From contig CAYVNG010000003.1 in the NCBI GenBank assembly GCA_964452875.1, forward strand, positions 1 through 49,635: a DNA stretch of 49,635 bases. Reading direction: 5' to 3'. Every line of letters begins with the position of its first letter. Position 1 is the stretch's first letter. The notes under the pieces are model-generated. The model ran no database searches, was not told the origin of the DNA, and saw only the letters and a program-made list of their open reading frames with translations. Shown piece after piece: positions 44,290 through 49,635 of the stretch. The position numbers were made by a program, and so were the translations under genes. The stretch is from an uncultured Candidatus Saccharibacteria bacterium (GTDB taxonomy: Bacteria > Patescibacteriota > Minisyncoccia > Minisyncoccales > CAYVNG01).

Positions 44290-45213
44290 TTATTTTTTTG
44301 TTATTGTTTTCAGTATGGTTTTGACTATTTCGCCTGAAGTCATCCTGCACTTTTTCCTTATATACTCAGCCTTCCCCACTTTGGAAAAAAACTCGTCCGG
44401 CAGAGCTACCTTCTTTAAAACGCCTGGCCAGCCCCGCTCAGCCATAGTCTCAGATATCAAGGTGCCTAGTCCCCCGAGGATATTGTGCTCTTCCATGGAA
44501 AAAACAAACTTTTGATTTTTAAGCTCTTTATAAAGAGCGTTCCTGTTGACCGGCTTTAATGTGGGCAGGCTGATAAGCTTTAAATCGTGCCCCAGGGATT
44601 TGAGGCTGTCTGAGACCTCTTTGCCGATTCTCAAGAATATGCCGTTGACCACCATTGCCCCTTCCTTCCCTTTTTCAATGACGCACGGCTCTCCTATTTT
44701 GATCTTGTCTCTTCTTTTATGGACCATTTTGTCTCCTCCTCTGTTCAGCTGCATGAAAGAAGGGGCTGGACTGCGGTATGATTCCAGCATCAGCTTTTCT
44801 GCCTCAAGAGGGTCTCCGGGGCAGAGAACGCAGAAATTCGGCAGCAATCTTATAATCCCGGCATCTTCCATGGCGTGGTGAGTGGCTCCCAGTTCTCCGT
44901 AAGACACTCCTCCTCCGACCCCCACTATTTTCACGTCCAAATTCTGGTAAGCAATGTCGTTCCTTATCTGCTCTAAACACCTTATCGTCACGAAAGGTGC
45001 GATCGAATAGACATAGGGCTTTTTCCCTTCCAGAGCCAGTCCGGCGGCCACTCCCATCATGTTCTGCTCTGCCACCCCGCAGTTGACGAACCTTTCTGGA
45101 AATCTTTCGGCAAAAGTCTCGAAAACGGAAAAGCCGAGGTCTCCGGTCAAGAGATATATCCTTTTATCCTTTTCCGCCAGTTTTATCAGCGTGTTTATGA
45201 AAGCGGTCCTCAT
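44290..45213 (-). CDS. transketolase, C-terminal (pyrimidine-binding) subunit
   Basis: Start trimmed to MRTAFINTL (ATGA overlap with the upstream stop), with the motif GVAEQNMMGVAAGLA. Confidence 0.82.
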   Translation of the reverse strand: MRTAFINTLIKLAEKDKRIYLLTGDLGFSVFETFAERFPERFVNCGVAEQNMMGVAAGLALEGKKPYVYSIAPFVTIRCLEQIRNDIAYQNLDVKIVGVGGGVSYGELGATHHAMEDAGIIRLLPNFCVLCPGDPLEAEKLMLESYRSPAPSFMQLNRGGDKMVHKRRDKIKIGEPCVIEKGKEGAMVVNGIFLRIGKEVSDSLKSLGHDLKLISLPTLKPVNRNALYKELKNQKFVFSMEEHNILGGLGTLISETMAERGWPGVLKKVALPDEFFSKVGKAEYIRKKCRMTSGEIVKTILKTITKK

Positions 45214-46010
45214 GAAATTTCTTTTATCGCTTTTTCGAAAAGTTCGTCTGTTAAATTCTTGTAATGCCATTCCATCTTGTTCTCCATGAAAGAAACCCCC
45301 CTCCCTTTGACGGTATGGGATATCAACAAGCTGGGTTTTCCTTTTTTAAAAGGGATCTTTGACAAAACTTTTTCGAGCTCGTTGAGATTGTGCCCGTCAA
45401 CCTCTTTCACTTGCCAGCCGAAATCTTCCCATTTTTTTGCCAAGGGCTCGAGATTCAAGACCTTGTTCGTCCTGCCGAAAGCCTGAAGCTTGTTGTAGTC
45501 AATTATGCTTGTCAGATTATCCAGCTTGTGGTGGCCGGCAAAGAGGGCTGCTTCCCAATTGGACCCCTCGTCGCATTCTCCGTCCGACATCAAGACGAAA
45601 ACTCTCTGGCTTCTCTTGTCTTTCTTCAAAGCCAGGGCCATGCCGGTTGCCATGGGAAGGCCGTGCCCTAAGGCACCGGTGGTGACCTCCACTCCGGGCA
45701 TCGATCTCTTTGTCGAATGGCCCGGCATCTTCTCCCCGTCCTTGCAGTAGTGATCAAGCTCTTTTAAGGGGAAAAATCCTCTTAAAGCCAAGGTTGAGTA
45801 AAGGCTGGCCACGGCATGCCCTTTTGATAAAACGAATCTGTCCCTTTTCTCTGAAAATGGATTTTTGGAGTCTATTCTCAGAATTTTGAAATAAAGGATA
45901 GTAAGTATCTCAACGCAGCTCAAGCAGGACCCTATGTGCGAGGTCTGGGATTTAAGCATCATTCTGAGAATGTTTTTCCTTATTTCCTTTGCCCTTTCTT
46001 CCAAGCTCAT
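45210..46010 (-). CDS. transketolase, N-terminal (ThDP-binding) subunit
   Basis: 266 aa, with motifs SHIGSCLS, LSKGHA and GALGHGLPMATGMALA...MSDGECDEGSNWEA. Confidence 0.82.
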   Translation of the reverse strand: MSLEERAKEIRKNILRMMLKSQTSHIGSCLSCVEILTILYFKILRIDSKNPFSEKRDRFVLSKGHAVASLYSTLALRGFFPLKELDHYCKDGEKMPGHSTKRSMPGVEVTTGALGHGLPMATGMALALKKDKRSQRVFVLMSDGECDEGSNWEAALFAGHHKLDNLTSIIDYNKLQAFGRTNKVLNLEPLAKKWEDFGWQVKEVDGHNLNELEKVLSKIPFKKGKPSLLISHTVKGRGVSFMENKMEWHYKNLTDELFEKAIKEIS

Positions 46011-46125
46011 ATTCTAAAATTATATCCGAAAATGCCCTTAGAATCAAACCTTTTCTTTTATTGACAATTTTAATAAAAAATGGTAGCGTTTTCGATAGCT
46101 CATTCGGAGTAAAGGAGGAAGGAGT

Positions 46126-46989
46126 TTGAAAACCATAAGAGTTGAAAGCTTATTTGACCAGGGAACAACCAGAATCGTGGAGGATGCAATGATCGTCAGC
46201 TTCCCCTCGTACTTCGGCGTCTTTGACGGGGTAAGTGCCCCTCATGACGAAATCGAGAATCCGCCGCTCACATACCCAGGAGGGATCACTGGCGGCCAAA
46301 TGGCAGTGAAAGAGATGCAATCTGCTTTCGCTGCAGCTGACTCGACGACGCCGATGGACGACATCCTCATGTCGGCCAACCGAAGGATCATGGCAAATCA
46401 CTTTTTCTGCCACGGAATCCTTCCGAGAGAAACCGAGAAGATGGGAGGAACAGCCTTCGTGGCGGCCAAACTGGAGAAAGACAAGGTGTCTATAATCCAG
46501 GGAGGCGATTGTTTCGCTCTCTTGAAGACCGAACACGACGGCTTCAGGGTGACCCGAAACCAGGTTTACGGCCACGATGTCGTTCTGCGAGAGCGAATCA
46601 ATGATCTGCGGGAGAAGTACGGCGACGATAAGGTGGTATGGCACGGACTCAGACCGCTGATGATCGAACTGCGCAAAGCGCACGCCAACCAGTTGGTCGA
46701 AGACGGCTATGCCGTCCTGAATGGCCAGCCACAGGTAGCCGAGTGCTGGAACGCATTCGAGACGCCGGCCGATGGCCTTCAGTACCTGCTGCTCTTCTCA
46801 GACGGGTTTGTCCCATTCGAGAAGACCAGGGGAGAAGAAATACTTGGCAAATGGGTGATCGACATCTACGAGAAAGAAGGACTCCTGGGAGTTCTTCGCG
46901 AGACCAGGAAAGAGAAAAAATCGGCAAAGCAAGCAAATAACGCTTACTTCGCCGAGGCCACTGCCATGGCCGTCACTTTCTTCGCCTGA
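46126..46989 (+). CDS. PP2C-like protein phosphatase-fold protein (TTG start)
   Basis: 287 aa. PP2C-like motifs are FGVFDGVS, GGTAFVAAKL...GGDCFALL, LLLFSDGF and EATAMAV. AAGGAGGAAGGAG precedes the TTG. The gene is visibly GC-richer than its neighbours. Confidence 0.55.
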   Translation: MKTIRVESLFDQGTTRIVEDAMIVSFPSYFGVFDGVSAPHDEIENPPLTYPGGITGGQMAVKEMQSAFAAADSTTPMDDILMSANRRIMANHFFCHGILPRETEKMGGTAFVAAKLEKDKVSIIQGGDCFALLKTEHDGFRVTRNQVYGHDVVLRERINDLREKYGDDKVVWHGLRPLMIELRKAHANQLVEDGYAVLNGQPQVAECWNAFETPADGLQYLLLFSDGFVPFEKTRGEEILGKWVIDIYEKEGLLGVLRETRKEKKSAKQANNAYFAEATAMAVTFFA

Positions 46990-46998
46990 TCGTCCATT

Positions 46999-47031
46999 TC
47001 AGCCTCTTGGAAACAAGGGGCTGATTTTTTT
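46999..47031 (+). terminator. intrinsic terminator after the PP2C-like gene
   Basis: Hairpin tcagcctcttg-gaaa-caaggggctga followed by ttttttt. Confidence 0.75.
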
Positions 47032-47620
47032 AGAGAATAGCCGATCTTACAGTCCTGAGTATTATTTTGATATCAAGCCAAAAAGACCTCGTTTTTACGT
47101 ATTGTTTGGCCAGCCTTAGCTTTTTGGGCTTGATAAGCTCCCTATATGTCTGATGGGGATCCTTGCTCCCTTTGAGGATCTCTTCTTCGTGTATGTCCTC
47201 AAGAGTAGCCAGGTCCGTAATCCCCGGCCTCATGCTCAGAATTATCTCTCTTGTCTCTTTATCATAAGTTTCCACTTCCTGAGGCACTTCAGGCCTGGGA
47301 CCGACGAAGCTCATCTTCCCCCTTAAGACGTCTATGAACTGGGGAAGCTCGTCCAGATTATGGCTTCTCAGTTTCCTTCCTATCCTGGTCAGCCTTTCGT
47401 CGTCAGCTGAGGTAGAAGGGCCTCCCAGGCTTTCAGCGTCCCTCACCATGGTCCTGAACTTGAAGATCCTGAAAACCTTTCCTTCTTTCCCCACTCTTTT
47501 GCCCCGGAAGAATACCGGCCCTCCGTCCTCTATTTTTATCAATAAGGATATTATTAAAAAGATTGGAGAAGCGACAACGATTCCCAGCAAAGAAAAAAAT
47601 ATATCGAACAATCTTTTCAT
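47030..47620 (-). CDS. polyprenyl-phosphate sugar-phosphate transferase (PglC/WbaP C-terminal-like)
   Basis: 196 aa, with motifs MKRLFDIFFSLLGIVVASPIF, FKFRTM and DELPQFIDVLRGKMSFVGPRP. Confidence 0.85.
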   Translation of the reverse strand: MKRLFDIFFSLLGIVVASPIFLIISLLIKIEDGGPVFFRGKRVGKEGKVFRIFKFRTMVRDAESLGGPSTSADDERLTRIGRKLRSHNLDELPQFIDVLRGKMSFVGPRPEVPQEVETYDKETREIILSMRPGITDLATLEDIHEEEILKGSKDPHQTYRELIKPKKLRLAKQYVKTRSFWLDIKIILRTVRSAIL

Positions 47621-47853
47621 TTTTTTGGTTCGGAAAATATGAAAACGACTTTAAAGGCCCACTGCCTCAGCCCCGGGATCTTAGCTAAAACTGCGTCAAC
47701 TTTTTCCAGCATTTCCAGTATGATGTTCGATCCTGGCAAATTAAGGAAAGGAAAAACGACCCAGGAAATTATGTGAAAGTAATTCACTTCAATCTTTTCG
47801 AAGTGCTTCTTCGCCGTTTCCAGATCCTTTCTGCTGAATATATGCTCTACCGC
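47617..47853 (-). other. in-frame continuation (78 sense codons) of the methyltransferase frame after the internal TGA
   Basis: The same frame reads AVEHIFSRKDLETAKKHFEKIEVNYFHIISWVVFPF...WAFKVVFIFSEPKK. It ends in a TGA that overlaps the ATG of the sugar transferase (ATGA at 47617-47620). Confidence 0.6.
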
Positions 47854-48396
47854 TCAGCCGGTTCTTGATTTTCTTAACTTATTGATCTTTCTTTTAAGAT
47901 TGGCGAATGGATTGTGGCCGAAAGTCTCAATGCCTATAAGTTTTCCTTCAGGATTCAAGACCCTGGCTATTTCCGGCAAAGCTTTATTAATATCCAGGGA
48001 AGAAAACGTTCCTCCATCGAATACGACGTCAAAACGGTTGGCCTCGAATTCCAGATTCTCGCAATCCATTTTGACAAACTGAATTTTCCCTTCCATTCCT
48101 TCTTTTATCGCCCTTTGCCTTGCCAGGATCAAAGAGGGCTCTGACAAATCAATGCCAGTGACTTTGGCTCCTATTTTCGCTGGAAAAATGGAATGTATCC
48201 CGTTGCCGCATCCGTAATCCAGCAAGTTCTTATTTTTAGCGTTCTTTTCAATCCATTGGTAGCAAAATCGGAAGCTGGACAGCAAATCGGCCCTGAACCC
48301 CTCAAAGTCGCCTTTCCCGGCTTTTTTCGGATCCTCAAGGGATTCTTTCGCCCTTTTGTCGTAGTATTCGATTTCTTTTTCCTTTCTTTCTTCCAT
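47854..48396 (-). CDS. class I SAM-dependent methyltransferase, first 180 codons up to an in-frame TGA
   Basis: SAM motif LLDYGCGNGIHS. The ORF stops at TGA 47854-47856 in the middle of the expected domain. Confidence 0.75.
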   Translation of the reverse strand: MEERKEKEIEYYDKRAKESLEDPKKAGKGDFEGFRADLLSSFRFCYQWIEKNAKNKNLLDYGCGNGIHSIFPAKIGAKVTGIDLSEPSLILARQRAIKEGMEGKIQFVKMDCENLEFEANRFDVVFDGGTFSSLDINKALPEIARVLNPEGKLIGIETFGHNPFANLKRKINKLRKSRTG

Positions 48397-48400
48397 AGCT

Positions 48401-49390
48401 TTATTTTATTATAATTTTGACCAGCCCCCACAAAGATCCGAATCCGTAAGCCAAATGCCTTGTGGAGAAAACAACGGGCATTAAAAAAATATATCTGAAA
48501 CCGTTTTTTAATGCTATTTTAGCAGAAAAAAAGATGGTCAAAATGCCGTAAGCTCCGACGAGAAATGCCAGAAAAAATTTCCCCCACCAAAACAAGAAGG
48601 AAAGAAATATGCCCGATGCCAATCCTGCGACTAGAAACAAAGGAAAAAGATGCCTTAAGCTGAAAATTTTGACCTTGAACTTCAAAGGATAAGTAAGCCA
48701 GGTTCCGTCCAGGAAGTTATGTTTAAAGAAGCTGGAAAGACCAGACCTGAAATAGTAATAAGTGACGGCGTTCGGAATTAAAAAAATCTTTCCTCCTGCC
48801 TTTTTCAATCTTTTATTAAATTCAATATCTTGTGACCTTATTAATTTTTCATTGAAAAGGCCCGCCTTGTCAAAGACTTCTTTTTTATAGCATCCTCCGA
48901 AAAATGCATCCACTTCTCTTATTTTTTTTGAGCCGGTCCTGAAGAATGCATTTCCTGCCCCGAAAAAACTAGACAGACAAAATGCGATAGCTTTTGAGAA
49001 AAAAGTATTTTCTTGAGGAAGATTTCTGATTATCCCTCCGGCTCCGTCGGCAGCATTTTCCTGTAAAAACCCAATGCATTTTTCAATAAAATCATTCTCG
49101 TATCTGGCATGACCGCTGGCGATCATAATAATATCTCCTTTTGAATTTTTAATCCCTATATTCAAGGCAAATGGACTATATTTTTTGGGATTGTCAAAAA
49201 GCTTCACAAAAGGATATTTCTGCCTATATTTATTTATTATCTCCCTTGTCCTGTCTTCTGACATTCCGTTAACCGCAAGAATCTCCATCTGCTCTTTTGG
49301 ATAAGTTTGATCCAAAAGAGAATCTATACAGTTCTCGATGAATTTCTCCTCGTTCCTACAAAGGATGATTATAGAAACAAATCTTTTCAT
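48401..49390 (-). CDS. family 2 glycosyltransferase with C-terminal TM helices
   Basis: 329 aa, beginning VSIIILCRNEEKFIENCIDSLLDQTY, with a DxD-like region and a hydrophobic tail. Confidence 0.82.
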   Translation of the reverse strand: MKRFVSIIILCRNEEKFIENCIDSLLDQTYPKEQMEILAVNGMSEDRTREIINKYRQKYPFVKLFDNPKKYSPFALNIGIKNSKGDIIMIASGHARYENDFIEKCIGFLQENAADGAGGIIRNLPQENTFFSKAIAFCLSSFFGAGNAFFRTGSKKIREVDAFFGGCYKKEVFDKAGLFNEKLIRSQDIEFNKRLKKAGGKIFLIPNAVTYYYFRSGLSSFFKHNFLDGTWLTYPLKFKVKIFSLRHLFPLFLVAGLASGIFLSFLFWWGKFFLAFLVGAYGILTIFFSAKIALKNGFRYIFLMPVVFSTRHLAYGFGSLWGLVKIIIK

Positions 49391-49458
49391 GTCCTTTTAA
49401 AAAATTGTCAAAATCTTTAGAAAATTGAAAATCAAAGATCTCTTTTCTATCTATAAAC

Positions 49459-49635
49459 CTACTTTACTCCGACCCCTTCATAATGAAAACCCATTCTTTT
49501 CATTTTTTTTGGATCAAAAGCGTTCCTCCCATCAATGATATTTGAGCGTCTCATAGCTTCTTTTATTTTTTTCATATCGGTTTTTAGAAATTCAGACCAT
49601 TCCGTAACCAATACAAGAATGTCTGATCCTTTGGC
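49459..49635 (-). CDS. UDP-glucose/GDP-mannose 6-dehydrogenase family, C-terminal fragment (5' end beyond the window)
   Basis: The frame is open from the window edge and reads ...DILVLVTEWSEFLKTDMKKIKEAMRRSNIIDGRNAFDPKKMKRMGFHYEGVGVK, ending at TAG 49459-49461. Confidence 0.7.
   Translation of the reverse strand, partial: AKGSDILVLVTEWSEFLKTDMKKIKEAMRRSNIIDGRNAFDPKKMKRMGFHYEGVGVK

Noticed and set aside
47725-47733. T-loop-like GTTCGATCC suggesting a tRNA
   Set aside because: The flanking bases cannot form a T stem or acceptor stem. The sequence lies in the open methyltransferase frame.
47854-47856. Genome-wide UGA reassignment (code 4 or code 25, as in some candidate phyla) as an explanation for the in-frame TGA
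   Set aside because: Many well-supported genes here end at TGA, including secA (directly before the next ATG), lepA, the transketolase N-subunit and the 1529..2227 gene (followed by a terminator). No other gene shows internal TGAs. The anomaly therefore appears local.
1-49635. CRISPR arrays, transposases, integrases, prophage genes, rRNA operons
   Set aside because: Reading both strands revealed no regularly spaced direct repeats, no DDE, tyrosine- or serine-recombinase-like ORFs and no rRNA-like conserved stretches. A computational repeat search was not possible.

Overview
Dense, roughly 90% coding chromosomal segment that uses the standard genetic code. TGA closes many genes and several of those stops are followed by intrinsic terminators. 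Gene content suggests a small-genome Patescibacteria/CPR-like bacterium; this is inference only, since no database search was possible. The supporting genes are a TPR-fused O-antigen-ligase, an orphan T4 coupling-protein-like ATPase with a CxxC-x17-CxxC tail, a sigma-r4/HARE-HTH protein, a short RecJ-like DHH protein and a ThrRS without a TGS domain. Gene order, left to right: GT4 glycosyltransferase; coiled-coil membrane protein; beta-helix repeat protein with dnaE; thrS, a membrane protein and miaB; an orphan GC-rich transcription unit; miaA; a small orphan gene; tRNA-Gly(CCC); ftsB-like; lepA; murJ; RNase P RNA (missed by the ORF track); rnhA; RecJ-like; pgk; T4CP-like ATPase, its membrane partner and an HTH protein; secF/secD; DUF3850; secA. 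After secA comes a visibly more AT-rich block: epmA-efp, convergent with a polyamine cluster (pdaD, PurD-like ATP-grasp, DUF2156-like, speD/H, BpsA/DUF43-like, speE, saccharopine-DH-like). Next are hpf and murB, then a pgl-like surface-glycan cluster. That cluster holds the O-antigen-ligase-TPR, a CapD/PglF-like dehydratase, a DegT aminotransferase, a split transketolase, a PglC-like sugar transferase, a methyltransferase, a GT2 and a UGDH fragment, with a GC-rich PP2C-like gene inserted on the opposite strand. No CRISPR array, transposase, integrase or rRNA was seen. The main candidates for follow-up are: (1) the polyamine cluster, which couples a stand-alone PurD homolog and an MprF-C-like transferase to arginine and SAM decarboxylases next to epmA-efp; (2) an in-frame TGA inside an otherwise intact, translationally coupled methyltransferase; (3) the T4CP-like three-gene module; (4) several unassigned structured RNA or leader candidates and orphan transcription units with near-consensus promoters. 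All functional calls rest on motifs recognised by eye. Coordinates of promoters, terminators and RNA ends are approximate.
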